Source of the DNA: an uncultured Bacteroidales bacterium
Lineage (GTDB): Bacteria > Bacteroidota > Bacteroidia > Bacteroidales > WCHB1-69
NCBI GenBank assembly: GCA_937949745.1
Contig: CALECM010000060.1
Coordinates: forward strand, 4,143-68,142
Length of the DNA stretch: 64,000 bases
Direction of reading: 5' to 3'
The notes under the pieces were generated by a model that saw nothing but the letters and a program-made list of their open reading frames with translations, was not told the DNA's origin and made no database searches. This document shows positions 19,387 through 29,968 of the stretch, one piece after another (positions within the stretch are counted from its first letter, which is position 1; the number at the start of each line of letters is the position of its first letter). A program made the translations under genes and the position numbers.

Positions 19387-19989
19387 ATGAGCCATATAGA
19401 ACATCTGAAGAAAATAAGTCTGGACGGCGGTTTGCTTTGTCTTGATTTTATCAATACCGTATCCGGTTATATGGTTAATCATCCTATAAATTACCTGACC
19501 AATGAAGACGAATGGCTTACATGGCTGAAACGTGTAAAATTGGTAGAGGACAGGTTTGGTAATTTTGAAAAAGATTCTTTCAATATTAACGAGATTCTTC
19601 AGGTACGAGAAATGCTTTATCAGTTATTTATCCATTACGTTGAAGAACAAACCATACCCGATAAAGTTTTAGCTGCATTTAATAAGTATTGTAGCAGGAT
19701 GAATAAGTATCTTTCATTTATATCAGACGGAAAAGAAATAAGGGAAATATTGGTTTTTAACCAACAGTCGGCTAATGGCTATCTCTTACCCATTATCAGG
19801 TCAGCCAAAGATATACTATTGTCAACGGAATTGAGAAATATCAAAGTATGTCCTAATTGCGGATGGATATTTCTGGATAAAACCAAAAACAATGCCCGCC
19901 GGTGGTGTAATATGAAAGCATGCGGGAATAAGATGAAAACCCAAAAATATTACAGAAAAATGTCTCTTCGCAACAATGAAATCGAATAG
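19387..19989 (+). CDS. CGNR zinc-finger (ABATE-domain) protein
   Basis: The C-terminus CPNCGWIFLDKTKNNARRWCNMKACGNKMKTQKYYRK is the zf-CGNR signature. Confidence 0.8.
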   Translation: MSHIEHLKKISLDGGLLCLDFINTVSGYMVNHPINYLTNEDEWLTWLKRVKLVEDRFGNFEKDSFNINEILQVREMLYQLFIHYVEEQTIPDKVLAAFNKYCSRMNKYLSFISDGKEIREILVFNQQSANGYLLPIIRSAKDILLSTELRNIKVCPNCGWIFLDKTKNNARRWCNMKACGNKMKTQKYYRKMSLRNNEIE

Positions 19990-20488
19990 TATGGAAAATC
20001 AAAAATTGTCTTTAGTGCCGGTCGGGGATCATGATATTCCTCAAATCGAAATCTGGCTTAACCAGGATCACGTTAAGAAGTGGTTTGAAATACCGGAACA
20101 GGGAGTATATATAGCTGATTGGCTAAATGAAGTTTCAAAAAGAAACGGGGAATTTTCATGGATTCATTACTTTATGGTGCAATTGCATGATTTTCCTGTC
20201 GGATTTGCTTTATATTATGATTGTTGGGATGCTAAAGAAGAATGGTATGAGGTCTCAATCAAAGGCGAGGTTTACAGTATGGATTATTTAATTGGCGAAC
20301 CGTGTTATACAGGCAAAGGATACGGAAAAGAAATGATACGATTACTAATTGATAAAATTAAGCTGAACAGCACAGCGAAAAGTATTATTGTACAACCCGA
20401 CGTGAAAAACCATTCATCCTGCGGAGTACTCCTGTCCAACGGATTTGTTTTCGATAAAGCTAAGAATTATTTTATTTTAGAGATTTGA
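19976..20488 (+). CDS. GNAT family N-acetyltransferase
   Basis: 170 aa. The motif YLIGEPCYTGKGYGKEMIRLLIDKI is a typical acetyl-CoA-binding motif region. The ORF overlaps the previous gene by 14 nt (alternative ATG at 19991). Confidence 0.7.
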   Translation: MKSNSMENQKLSLVPVGDHDIPQIEIWLNQDHVKKWFEIPEQGVYIADWLNEVSKRNGEFSWIHYFMVQLHDFPVGFALYYDCWDAKEEWYEVSIKGEVYSMDYLIGEPCYTGKGYGKEMIRLLIDKIKLNSTAKSIIVQPDVKNHSSCGVLLSNGFVFDKAKNYFILEI

Positions 20489-20830
20489 TCCTTTGACATG
20501 AAGCTATAAACAGGAAGGGATATATGGGAATCAGCACCGAAATTATATAGTAAATAAAATTTGAAATAATAAAATATAACGGAAATGAGAAATCCAAGGC
20601 AAGTGTAAGATCTTAAATAAACTTTACTAGAAGATATTAACTACTACTTCTTTATTTAATGTTTCATGAATCTGAGAATATTTTTTAAATTAAATGAGGG
20701 AAAAGTAATTCATTCTAAGCGGAAATACTCCCAAGATTTCTCTTACCAAACTCATTATAACGGTGCTGTAACTAAAAGTTCTATCATAATTTAAGAATAA
20801 AAAATATTTAATATATAAATAGAGAATTAA

Positions 20831-21379
20831 ATGAATAAAAACTTTGTATTTTTAGGAGCTATCATTATTCTACTGTATTCATGTCAAACGAATATACCTA
20901 GAGAGAAGGAATTCACATATAGGAAGTTGACCGAGCGATTGATTCCGATAATTGATGGGTATTATTTATTATTGGATACAAGTGCTGTTTATAGTGTTAT
21001 TTTACCTAAAAATTATCAAAGAAATTGGCTTCAAACTTCAGATGGAAATTATGATTATCCTTCAGGTGATATAGTTTATTATGGTTTTAAAAATAATGCA
21101 ATTATTTATTTTTCTCATCATTATATGACGACATTGAATTTTGAAAATATCTTTTTAAACATGCAAGATAGTATAATAGCAAATCGTTTTATCGAACCTT
21201 ATTATTATTTTATAAATAAAATCGATCCTCCTCTTATGATTTTAGAAGGGGTTGATAGTAATGGTTTATACTGGAAAGATATAAGGTATGAATGGATATG
21301 CTATGGTTATAAAAATGTAAGTTTAAAGGATAAAAGTCTTTTTGATGAAGTTATAAAATCTATAAGAAGATTAAGATAA
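20831..21379 (+). CDS. Hypothetical lipoprotein in a visibly AT-rich islet
   Basis: MNKNFVFLGAIIILLYSCQT is a lipoprotein-type signal with a Cys. Composition is strongly AT-rich compared with its neighbours. Confidence 0.5.
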   Translation: MNKNFVFLGAIIILLYSCQTNIPREKEFTYRKLTERLIPIIDGYYLLLDTSAVYSVILPKNYQRNWLQTSDGNYDYPSGDIVYYGFKNNAIIYFSHHYMTTLNFENIFLNMQDSIIANRFIEPYYYFINKIDPPLMILEGVDSNGLYWKDIRYEWICYGYKNVSLKDKSLFDEVIKSIRRLR

Positions 21380-21601
21380 AAAGGAGATTTAAATTAATTA
21401 TAAGCAAAAAATAGATCAGCTTGCTATCTATTTTGGGAAGCGAAAGTCCTTTTATCAGAATCGAATTTCAAGCATCTACCATATTTTATGAAGCCGATAA
21501 ATGCGAGAGTATAAAACAGCGGTGAAAGAGGATAGTGTCTATATTACGATGATGAATCAGGTTGATTAAGCTGTAAGCCAATATTTATAGGAATCATCGG
21601 A

Positions 21602-22648
21602 TTAAAGTCCCAGAAATTTAAATGAAGGTGTCGGCTTAAAGGAGTCATTTGCCTTGCCGCTGTATGTCGCGAAGTTCCCTAAATTGAGTTTCATTACTTT
21701 TCCGTTTTCACTAAGATCGAAATCCCTTAAATTAACCCAAAACGTATTCGGGGTTAATACGGTTTCGAAGTAATATACCAGATTTTTCTGGTCCGATACG
21801 GAACGCCAGCGAGTGGAGGAGATGTTCGGCTCTGTTTCGGAAGATATACCGAAAGGAACGGAGCAATTGCGTATGACGCTGAATACGCTGGCAACCGACG
21901 TGCGCATATCGCCGGTCTGGGGAATGGCCTGGATATAATAGGAAGCACGCACAAAACGGTCTGCGGCCCTGTTTGTTCCGGGCAGCATAATCGTTCCGGG
22001 TATTCCTTTCCAGTATTCATCCAGCGCAAGTTGCTGCTCGAAAACCGGCGAATTGGTCATCACCACATAAGAAGGATCATGATGGATCACCAGTTTTCCG
22101 TTAATATACTCGAATACTGCGTTATCTCCCAGTGCATCGGATATGGAGAGATGTACAGTGGTAAATCTTTCCGTTCCGGGGATGTAATCGCTGACTATTA
22201 CAAAAGGCTCATTCCTTAGATAGTTTACGGCTTCTCCTACCGTCGCGAAATTATCCAGTACATATTGCGCCCAGAGCGAGATTGACATTCCCGGTTTAGT
22301 ACCATGAGGGTTAAACTCCGGATATTCGGATTCTCCCAGCCATAATAAATTAGCGACCAGTCCTTTTTCGTTCATGCCGTCGGTAGTCGCAATATCCCAT
22401 GCACTAGCAATGATACTGCCGTATTTGGAAGTCCACTTAATTGAAAGAGGCCCCACTTCCCCGTTATGTTGTATTCCTCTGGGAAATACCCATATATTGA
22501 CATCGATTTCACTTTTCCAGTCCATAGAACGGGCTGTTATTACTGTATTATCAGGTCCTTTGTAAACCACCCTTGTACAGGCATAAGTGGATGGAGATAA
22601 TGTTATATTTAATAAAGCCACAATTAGAAATATACCGAAAGTTTTCAT
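21602..22648 (-). CDS. Choloylglycine hydrolase family (linear amide C-N hydrolase, Ntn type)
   Basis: A signal peptide ends in ...STYA, followed by the CTRVVYKG nucleophile Cys. Length is 348 aa. Confidence 0.8.
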   Translation of the reverse strand: MKTFGIFLIVALLNITLSPSTYACTRVVYKGPDNTVITARSMDWKSEIDVNIWVFPRGIQHNGEVGPLSIKWTSKYGSIIASAWDIATTDGMNEKGLVANLLWLGESEYPEFNPHGTKPGMSISLWAQYVLDNFATVGEAVNYLRNEPFVIVSDYIPGTERFTTVHLSISDALGDNAVFEYINGKLVIHHDPSYVVMTNSPVFEQQLALDEYWKGIPGTIMLPGTNRAADRFVRASYYIQAIPQTGDMRTSVASVFSVIRNCSVPFGISSETEPNISSTRWRSVSDQKNLVYYFETVLTPNTFWVNLRDFDLSENGKVMKLNLGNFATYSGKANDSFKPTPSFKFLGL

Positions 22649-22772
22649 ATTATTTTATTTTGTGTTGTTGCGGGAGTTTAAATTTCTAAATGTTAATAAC
22701 ACATAATTTACTATAAACGTTTGTATCAATGATTTTTATTATGACCGGAACAGCCCATCGGAGTCTTAGAAT

Positions 22773-22809
22773 AAAAAAAACTCTGCAATCCTTCGATTAC
22801 AGAGTTTTT
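22773..22809 (-). terminator. Bidirectional-type terminator hairpin downstream of tRNA-Lys
   Basis: The structure is aaaaaaaa-ctctg-caatccttcgatta-cagag-ttttt. On the minus strand the stem is followed by a T8 tract. Confidence 0.6.
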
Positions 22810-22843
22810 CCGATTTTTGGCCTTGTTTGGCCTTGATTTTCAG

Positions 22844-22916
22844 TGTCCTCGCGGGGGCTCGAACCCCGGACCCATTGATTAAGAGTCAATTGCTCTACCA
22901 ACTGAGCTACGAAGAC
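22844..22916 (-). tRNA. tRNA-Lys (anticodon CTT)
   Basis: The reverse complement GTCTTCGTAGCTCAGTTGGTAGAGCAATTGACTCTTAATCAATGGGTCCGGGGTTCGAGCCCCCGCGAGGACA folds as a cloverleaf. It has a 7-bp acceptor stem, D stem GCTC/GAGC, anticodon loop CTCTTAA, T arm CGGGG-TTCGAGC-CCCCG and discriminator A. No CCA is encoded. Confidence 0.93.
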
Positions 22917-23002
22917 TTTTGCGGCGGCAAAAATACAAAAAAGTTCCTTATATACTGCAAATTATTATGCAGGAATATTAACCTCTTTTATAACCATAAA
23001 TA

Positions 23003-24289
23003 TTATTCCGCCATCAGTTTTTCAATTTCTTCCACTTCAACCGGTAATCCTTTCATCAGGTCTACCGGATTTTCCCCCACGACCACATCGGTTTCGATTC
23101 TTACGCCGATCCCTTCTTCAGAAATATAAATACCGGGTTCGCAACTTAAGACCATTCCGGGTTCGAATGTCCAGTCCCGCTGCCCTACATCATGCACATC
23201 CAACCCAATAAAGTGACTGGTGTTATGCATGTAATATTTTTTAAACAACGGACTTGCCGGATTTTGTTTTTTGACATCTTCGGCCGTAAAAAGTCCCAGT
23301 CTGATCATTTCCTCTTCCATCCTCCTGAAAACATAATCATTGATCTTATGAATAGTCATGCCGGGTTTGAATAACGGAATTGTCTCTTTATATATAGAAA
23401 GCACAGCATTGTAAACCTCTTTCTGGCGGGGCGTAAACTTTCCGTTCACGGGAATAGTACGGGTACAGTCGCCCGCATAATTAGCATATTCCGTTCCGAA
23501 ATCCATCAGCAGTAAATCACCATCTTTCATGATTTTATCATTTTTAATATAATGGAGTATGCAGGTATCATTGCCACTGGCTATAATAGGAGCGAAGGAG
23601 TGTCCCGTAGCGCCCAGCCGGAGCATCTCGCAGGTCATCTCCGCTTCGATCTCATATTCGAATTTTCCCGGTCGGGTAGCTTTGGCGGCCCTCAGGAAAG
23701 CGGCTTCCGTAATTTCACACGCTCTTTTCAAAGCCTCAAGTTCTTCGGACTGTTTTACACACCGTAAAGGATAGAGGATCGGAGCAAGCCGTTCGTACCG
23801 GTGTAAGGGATATTCTTTCTTAAGACGTTTGGCCAAACGAATCTCCTGAGTTGGAAAATCCGTTTTCATCCGTGGATTTTCGGGTATATGCAAATATACA
23901 TGTTTGGTATTCACCATTAAGTCCTGGAGAATGGCATCGAAATTTTCTATGAATAGTACCGTTTTAATACCGGAAAGTTGTGTAACCTGTTCTTTACTCA
24001 ACCGGTGCCCGTACCAGGTTACCATTTCAGGCGAAGGATTTTTGATGAAAATAATTTCCCTGTAATCGGGGTTAGGATGCCAGGGAGATATGGCCAGGAT
24101 CGTATCTTCCTGGTCGATACCGCAAAGGTATAATAATTCCGAATTCTGACGGAAGGGGAAGGTGGTATCTCCGCTTCTGGGATATTCATCGTGTGAGGTG
24201 ACTAATACCAATGAATCTTCTTTAATTTCATTGATCACCTGTTGCCGGTTCCGGATATAAAAATCCTGGTTTAACGGTTGGTATTTCAT
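23003..24289 (-). CDS. Xaa-Pro aminopeptidase (M24B family)
   Basis: 428 aa. N-terminal AMP_N-like domain and C-terminal M24 motifs (DFGTEYANYAGDCTRT, HFIGLDVHD, EPGIY). Confidence 0.8.
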   Translation of the reverse strand: MKYQPLNQDFYIRNRQQVINEIKEDSLVLVTSHDEYPRSGDTTFPFRQNSELLYLCGIDQEDTILAISPWHPNPDYREIIFIKNPSPEMVTWYGHRLSKEQVTQLSGIKTVLFIENFDAILQDLMVNTKHVYLHIPENPRMKTDFPTQEIRLAKRLKKEYPLHRYERLAPILYPLRCVKQSEELEALKRACEITEAAFLRAAKATRPGKFEYEIEAEMTCEMLRLGATGHSFAPIIASGNDTCILHYIKNDKIMKDGDLLLMDFGTEYANYAGDCTRTIPVNGKFTPRQKEVYNAVLSIYKETIPLFKPGMTIHKINDYVFRRMEEEMIRLGLFTAEDVKKQNPASPLFKKYYMHNTSHFIGLDVHDVGQRDWTFEPGMVLSCEPGIYISEEGIGVRIETDVVVGENPVDLMKGLPVEVEEIEKLMAE

Positions 24290-24300
24290 AATGTTTATTT

Positions 24301-25692
24301 TTATTTTCCGGAATGAATAATTTCCCGGATGTCGAGTATGATTTTATCTGCTATATTTTTTGCCGTACTTAGATTGGGCGCTTCCGCGTATATACGGATG
24401 ATCGGCTCCGTATTGGAAGGCCTCAGATGTACCCAGCTTTCTTCAAAATCGATCTTGACGCCATCTACCGTATTGATCTTGTAACGTTCATATTTGGCGG
24501 CGATCTTTTCCAGTATATCTTTTACATTCATCTCCGGGGATAGTTCAATCTTGTTTTTGGAGATATGGTAATCGCTGTATTTCCTTCGCAATTCCGAAGG
24601 ACTTTTTCCTGAACGGGCCATATAGGAAAGAAAAAGTGCAATACCGACCAGGGCATCCCTTCCGTAGTGTAAATCCGGGTAAATAATGCCTCCGTTCCCT
24701 TCCCCGCCGATCACGGCTCCGGTCTCTTTCATCATGGCGACTACATTTACTTCACCCACTGCCGATTTGAAGCACTCTACTCCGTATTGCCTGCAAAGAT
24801 CGTCTAAAGCGCGGGTAGAGGAGAGGTTGGAAACGGCATTTCCTTTATGGTCCTGTAAGATATAATCCGCTACCGATACCAACGTATACTCTTCACCGAA
24901 CATTTCTCCGTCTTCCATGACAATGGCCAGACGATCTACGTCCGGATCTACGACAAATCCCGCATCATAATTATTTTTCTTCATTTCTTCCGAAATCTCA
25001 TAGAGATGTTCGGGCAGTGGTTCCGGGTTATGGGCGAAGATCCCTGTCGGTTCCGGGTTGAGGAGTTTGATCTTTTGTACTCCGAGCCGGCTTAACAGTG
25101 GTGGCAATGCGATACTTCCGGTGGAATTAACACAATCGATAATAACGGAGAAGTCTGCTTTGGCAATAGCCTCCGTATCGACAAGCGGTATTTTTAATAT
25201 TTCTTCGATATGATCATCAATGGCATTTTCGTATGCAGTATATTGTCCGAGTTGCCGGATTCCGGCAAATTCAAAATCTTCGCTTTCTGAGATGGTTAAA
25301 AGGGAATTCGCTTCTTCTCCGGAGATGAATTCTCCTTTGCTGTTCAGGAGCTTAAGGGCGTTCCATTCGGCAGGGTTATGGCTTGCGGTAAGGATAATGG
25401 CTCCGTCGGCTTGTTGCTGAGTCACCGCCATGGCTACAGTCGGCGTAGTCGAAAGCCCTAGGTCGATTACATTTGCTCCCATGCTTTGTAAAGTGGCACA
25501 GACAATGCTGTTGACCATTTCTCCGGATATACGTGCGTCACGGCCTACAACGATGGTTAACCCGGATTGCTCCCGGCGTAAAAAAGTAACGAAGGCCGCC
25601 GTAAATTTTACGATATCCACAGGGGTAAGGTTATGGCCCGGTTTACCTCCTATGGTACCCCTGATTCCTGAAATTGATTTGATAAGAGACAT
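24301..25692 (-). CDS. glmM: Phosphoglucosamine mutase / phosphohexomutase
   Basis: 463 aa. Active-site TASHNP, Mg motif DPDVDR and GGEGNGG sugar-binding loop. Confidence 0.8.
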   Translation of the reverse strand: MSLIKSISGIRGTIGGKPGHNLTPVDIVKFTAAFVTFLRREQSGLTIVVGRDARISGEMVNSIVCATLQSMGANVIDLGLSTTPTVAMAVTQQQADGAIILTASHNPAEWNALKLLNSKGEFISGEEANSLLTISESEDFEFAGIRQLGQYTAYENAIDDHIEEILKIPLVDTEAIAKADFSVIIDCVNSTGSIALPPLLSRLGVQKIKLLNPEPTGIFAHNPEPLPEHLYEISEEMKKNNYDAGFVVDPDVDRLAIVMEDGEMFGEEYTLVSVADYILQDHKGNAVSNLSSTRALDDLCRQYGVECFKSAVGEVNVVAMMKETGAVIGGEGNGGIIYPDLHYGRDALVGIALFLSYMARSGKSPSELRRKYSDYHISKNKIELSPEMNVKDILEKIAAKYERYKINTVDGVKIDFEESWVHLRPSNTEPIIRIYAEAPNLSTAKNIADKIILDIREIIHSGK

Positions 25693-25749
25693 TGAATAAT
25701 AAGGTTAGATGATTTAATTAGATTATAAAGTGATGTTTTTGATCGATTC

Positions 25750-26313
25750 TTATCCGAAGAAATATTTATGTAATTCGCCGAAACATTTCTGATATAGCTG
25801 GAATGCTTCTTCCAGAATCCGGATGGCCATTTCCTTGTTAAAAGGGTCTTTCACCACAACGGTCTTATTTTCCAGTTTTTTATAGTCCTCGAAGAAACTC
25901 ATGATTTCGTTCAACTGATGTTCGGGCAGATCCGAGATGCTGTCGATATGGTTCACACTGGGATCTCCTTCCGCCACGGCAATGATTTTATCGTCGGGAA
26001 CGCCGCCGTCGAGCATACGCATCACCCCAATCACTTTAGCCGGTACAATACACAACGGTACTACCTCGATCTGTGAAAGGATCAGGATATCCAGCGGATC
26101 CTGGTCTTCGGCGTATGTCTGCGGAATGAACCCGTAGTTGGCCGGATAATAAACCGAAGAGTAAAGCACCCGGTCCAGCTTCAAAAGACCGCTCTGTTTA
26201 TCCAGCTCATATTTGGCCCGGTTTCCTTTCGGTATTTCAATGATGCCGTTAACGATGCCGGGGATCTGGTCTCCGGGAGAAACATGGTGCCAGGGATTAA
26301 AATTATTTCGCAT
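25750..26313 (-). CDS. ppa: Inorganic pyrophosphatase (family I)
   Basis: 187 aa. Motifs include [25 protein letters not shown] and DPLDILIL. Confidence 0.85.
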   Translation of the reverse strand: MRNNFNPWHHVSPGDQIPGIVNGIIEIPKGNRAKYELDKQSGLLKLDRVLYSSVYYPANYGFIPQTYAEDQDPLDILILSQIEVVPLCIVPAKVIGVMRMLDGGVPDDKIIAVAEGDPSVNHIDSISDLPEHQLNEIMSFFEDYKKLENKTVVVKDPFNKEMAIRILEEAFQLYQKCFGELHKYFFG

Positions 26314-26341
26314 TATTTAAACTTGTATATATCGGTTTATA

Positions 26342-27055
26342 TTAAATCTCACCTTTCAAAAATTGCTTCCGGATATTTTCCGGATATTTTTCAATGGCGT
26401 AACGTAACATCGTTCTCGGCATTTTCCTGTAGCGGGCATTATCGGTCAAATAACAGTGCAACGCCTCCTGATTCATCTTACCGGCTTCTCTCAGCATCCA
26501 GCCGGTAGCTTTGTGGATAAGGTCATGCGGATGGTCCGTTAAAATATCCGAGATGGAAAACGTATCTTTAAAATCATTCCTTTTTATAAAATAGTAGGTT
26601 GAAATGATACTGATCCGTTGTAACCACAAATGCTCCGTCCGGGCAAATGCATACAACGGATCGCGGGATTTATCCCACAAATATCCTCCTACGATATCAC
26701 GGCATGACAAATCCACCAGATCCCAATTATTGATGCGATCTGCATGGGCGATATAAAAATCATATATTGCTTTCCGTTGCTCCTCGTTTTTTGTTTTGTT
26801 GAATTGCTCCACTAAGAACAAAAGTCCGGTCAGCCTGCATTCGTGGTAAGGATCGGACAGCAGTTTTTCCACTTCCGGAAAAGGTAAGCTTTTATATTTT
26901 TTTACCAGCTTCCGTTGTTGAGGTACGACCACGCCGATGAACAAGTCTCCTTCTCCGTACTGTCCGCTCCCGGTCTTAAAAAAATAAGGGAGAAATTCCT
27001 TCTTTTCAGGATCCGACAGGTCTAAGAGTTCTTTTTTGATCTCTGCAGCAGTCAT
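26342..27055 (-). CDS. DNA alkylation repair protein (AlkD-like HEAT-repeat family)
   Basis: 237 aa. INNWDLVDLSCRDIVG and LWLQRISIISTYYFI match the AlkD-type family pattern. Confidence 0.7.
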   Translation of the reverse strand: MTAAEIKKELLDLSDPEKKEFLPYFFKTGSGQYGEGDLFIGVVVPQQRKLVKKYKSLPFPEVEKLLSDPYHECRLTGLLFLVEQFNKTKNEEQRKAIYDFYIAHADRINNWDLVDLSCRDIVGGYLWDKSRDPLYAFARTEHLWLQRISIISTYYFIKRNDFKDTFSISDILTDHPHDLIHKATGWMLREAGKMNQEALHCYLTDNARYRKMPRTMLRYAIEKYPENIRKQFLKGEI

Positions 27056-27283
27056 AATGGAATATTTAAAAATAGATTAACAAGATGCAAAAATACAAAT
27101 GTTTGACAAATAATCGGCTATCGGTTCCGTGATGCATATCGCATAAGAATCGGATTTACCGGAATACCGAAATGGTATCATTATATATTCTTACACAATA
27201 AATGCGATTAAATATAGTTTGGTAAACATGTTTTTAGATGAACAAAAAATTACTTCTTCTCTTTTTATATTAAAATTTATTGA

Positions 27284-28117
27284 ATGACCAATTCTATTAT
27301 CTCGGATTACAAGTACAAAACCGGTTTTGCCCTGAGTGGCGGAGGCGCGCGTGGCTTTGCCCATCTTGGCGCCATACAGGCTTTGAAAGAACATCATATC
27401 ACTCCTGATATTATGTCCGGCGTGAGCGCAGGGGCTTTAGCGGGTGTTTTTATCGCTGACGGTTACGAACCCGCGGAAATCATGGAAATATTTAATGAAA
27501 TGACTTTCCGGGAATTTACGGAACTATCACTGCCTAATCACGGATTATTTAAAACCAGCCGTTTAGAAGCATTCGTTAAAAAATATATCAAAGCCACCAA
27601 TTTCGAAGATCTCAAAATCCCGTTGATAGTCACTACGGCTGATTTTGATAATGGGGTCAGTGTCAATTTTTGTGAAGGCCCTCTGGTTACCCCGGTGGTC
27701 GCTTCCTGTTCTTTTCCTATCGTATTTTCTCCTACCCTGATCGACGGTGTGCAATATGTAGACGGAGGTTTGTTTAAGAATTTCCCGGTTTCCGTGATCA
27801 GGGAACAGTGTGAAAAGGTAGTGGGAATTAATGTAAGTCCCGTTTCTACCAAATATACCAAAGATACGCTGAGAGGAGTGATCGATAAATGTGTTCAGTT
27901 TCTGCTTGATGCCACTACCATTCAGGATACGCCTTTATGCGACCTGCTCATTAAACCGCTCGAGATACGGAAATATTCCATTTTTGACGTAAAGGCTTCC
28001 AAGGAAATATATGATATTGGTTATCAGGCTGCCCTGGAAGTATTGCGGGAACAGAAAATCATGGAAAAGGGCAATGATGCGGTTTCCTTTAAAGAACCGT
28101 TAAAAACGGATAAATGA
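27284..28117 (+). CDS. Patatin-like phospholipase
   Basis: GGGARGFAHLG oxyanion motif, GVSAGA nucleophile elbow and DGG Asp motif. Confidence 0.8.
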   Translation: MTNSIISDYKYKTGFALSGGGARGFAHLGAIQALKEHHITPDIMSGVSAGALAGVFIADGYEPAEIMEIFNEMTFREFTELSLPNHGLFKTSRLEAFVKKYIKATNFEDLKIPLIVTTADFDNGVSVNFCEGPLVTPVVASCSFPIVFSPTLIDGVQYVDGGLFKNFPVSVIREQCEKVVGINVSPVSTKYTKDTLRGVIDKCVQFLLDATTIQDTPLCDLLIKPLEIRKYSIFDVKASKEIYDIGYQAALEVLREQKIMEKGNDAVSFKEPLKTDK

Positions 28118-28133
28118 TACTGTCCGGACTCAA

Positions 28134-28151
28134 TATTTTTGCGTATTTTTG
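28134..28151 (+). promoter_or_regulatory. Two tandem TAnnTTTG -7 boxes (TATTTTTG x2) upstream of lepA
   Basis: tatttttg occurs at 28134-28141 and at 28144-28151. The ATG is at 28160. Confidence 0.45.
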
Positions 28152-28159
28152 CACCGCTT

Positions 28160-29947
28160 ATGAAGAATATTAGAAACTTTTGTATAATAGCGCATATTGA
28201 CCACGGTAAGAGTACTTTAGCCGACAGATTGTTGCAAGCGACCAATACCGTGAGCGATCGTGATTTTCAGGATCAGGTGCTGGATGATATGGATTTGGAA
28301 AGAGAACGCGGGATCACCATTAAGAGCCACGCGATCCAGATGAATTATGAATTTGAAGGTGAAAAATACGTCCTTAATCTTATCGACACTCCGGGACATG
28401 TGGATTTTTCCTATGAAGTTTCCCGTTCCATTGCGGCATGTGAAGGAGCCCTTTTATTGATAGACGCGACCCAGGGGGTACAGGCGCAAACTATTTCCAA
28501 CCTTTACCTGGCCATTGACAACGATCTGGAGATTATCCCTATATTAAATAAAATGGACATGCCGGCCGCTATGCCGGATGAAGTAAAAGACCAGATCATA
28601 GACCTGATCGGGTGCGACGAGTCGGATATTATTGAAGCGAGCGGTAAAACCGGACAGGGCGTGGATGACATACTGGAAGCGGTGATCAAACGTGTTCCGG
28701 CCCCGAAAGGAGATCCGGAAGCATCGTTACAGGCCCTGATTTTCGATTCTATCTTCAATTCCTACAGGGGTATTATCGCCTATTTCCGTATTTTCAACGG
28801 CACGATCCGTACCAATGATTTCGTGAAATTCCTTTCTACCGATAAAGAATATCACGCCGATGAGATCGGGGTGTTGAGATTAAAACAGGAACCCCGCAAA
28901 GAACTGTCGGCCGGTGACGTGGGATATATTATATCCGGAATCAAAACTTCAAAGGAAGTCAGGGTAGGGGACACCATTACCCACGTGAATAATCCCTGCA
29001 CGGAAGCGGTGGCTGGATTCCAGGAGGTAAAACCGATGCTTTTCGCCGGTATTTATCCGACCGATGCCGATGATTACGAAGAGTTACGCTCTTCCCTTGA
29101 AAAATTACAACTGAATGATGCTTCGCTGACTTTTGTCCCTGAATCCTCCGCGGCTTTAGGCTTTGGATTCCGGTGCGGTTTCCTCGGTTTGTTGCATATG
29201 GAAATCGTACAGGAACGCCTCGACCGGGAATTCGATATGGATGTGATCGCTACGGTCCCGAACGTTTCTTATCAGGTTTATACCACCAAGAAAGAGATTG
29301 TCGAAGTACATAACCCTTCGGGAATGCCTTCTCCCAATATTGTCGACCATATAGAAGAACCTTATATTTTCGCCCAGATCATCAGTAAAGCCGATTATAT
29401 CGGACCTATCATGAAGCTTTGTCTGGATAAACGGGGAACTTTGCTGAATCAGGTTTATATCGCGGCAAACCGTATCGAACTGACCTTTGACCTTCCCCTG
29501 GGAGAGATCGTGTTTGATTTTTATGATAAACTGAAAAGTATTTCCAAAGGATATGCTTCTTTCGATTATCATATCTCAGGCTATAAACCGGCTAAATTGG
29601 TGAAGTTGGATATCCTGCTTAACGGAGATCCGGTGGATGCGCTTTCCTCCCTGACTCATGTGGATAATGCCTATGGTTTCGGAAGACGAATCTGCGAGAA
29701 ACTGAAGGAACTGATCCCCCGCCAGCAATTCGACATCGCGATACAAGCGGCTATCGGGACTAAAATCATTGCACGGGAAACCATCAAAGCCCTTAGGAAA
29801 GATGTGACAGCCAAATGTTACGGAGGTGACATTTCCCGTAAACGTAAATTGCTGGAAAAACAGAAACAGGGTAAGAAAAAAATGCGCCAGATCGGTAACG
29901 TGGAAGTACCGCAATCGGCATTCTTAGCCGTATTGAAATTAGACTGA
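28160..29947 (+). CDS. lepA: Elongation factor 4
   Basis: [37 protein letters not shown] and the LepA C-terminal domain. The track ORF begins at a TTG inside the promoter box, so I use the ATG at 28160. Confidence 0.93.
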   Translation: MKNIRNFCIIAHIDHGKSTLADRLLQATNTVSDRDFQDQVLDDMDLERERGITIKSHAIQMNYEFEGEKYVLNLIDTPGHVDFSYEVSRSIAACEGALLLIDATQGVQAQTISNLYLAIDNDLEIIPILNKMDMPAAMPDEVKDQIIDLIGCDESDIIEASGKTGQGVDDILEAVIKRVPAPKGDPEASLQALIFDSIFNSYRGIIAYFRIFNGTIRTNDFVKFLSTDKEYHADEIGVLRLKQEPRKELSAGDVGYIISGIKTSKEVRVGDTITHVNNPCTEAVAGFQEVKPMLFAGIYPTDADDYEELRSSLEKLQLNDASLTFVPESSAALGFGFRCGFLGLLHMEIVQERLDREFDMDVIATVPNVSYQVYTTKKEIVEVHNPSGMPSPNIVDHIEEPYIFAQIISKADYIGPIMKLCLDKRGTLLNQVYIAANRIELTFDLPLGEIVFDFYDKLKSISKGYASFDYHISGYKPAKLVKLDILLNGDPVDALSSLTHVDNAYGFGRRICEKLKELIPRQQFDIAIQAAIGTKIIARETIKALRKDVTAKCYGGDISRKRKLLEKQKQGKKKMRQIGNVEVPQSAFLAVLKLD

Positions 29948-29968
29948 TCTTATAACCATTACTTATTT

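Noticed and set aside
22827-23129. 100-aa plus-strand ORF
   Set aside because: It overlaps the tRNA-Lys gene and the 3' end of the aminopeptidase gene on the opposite strand.
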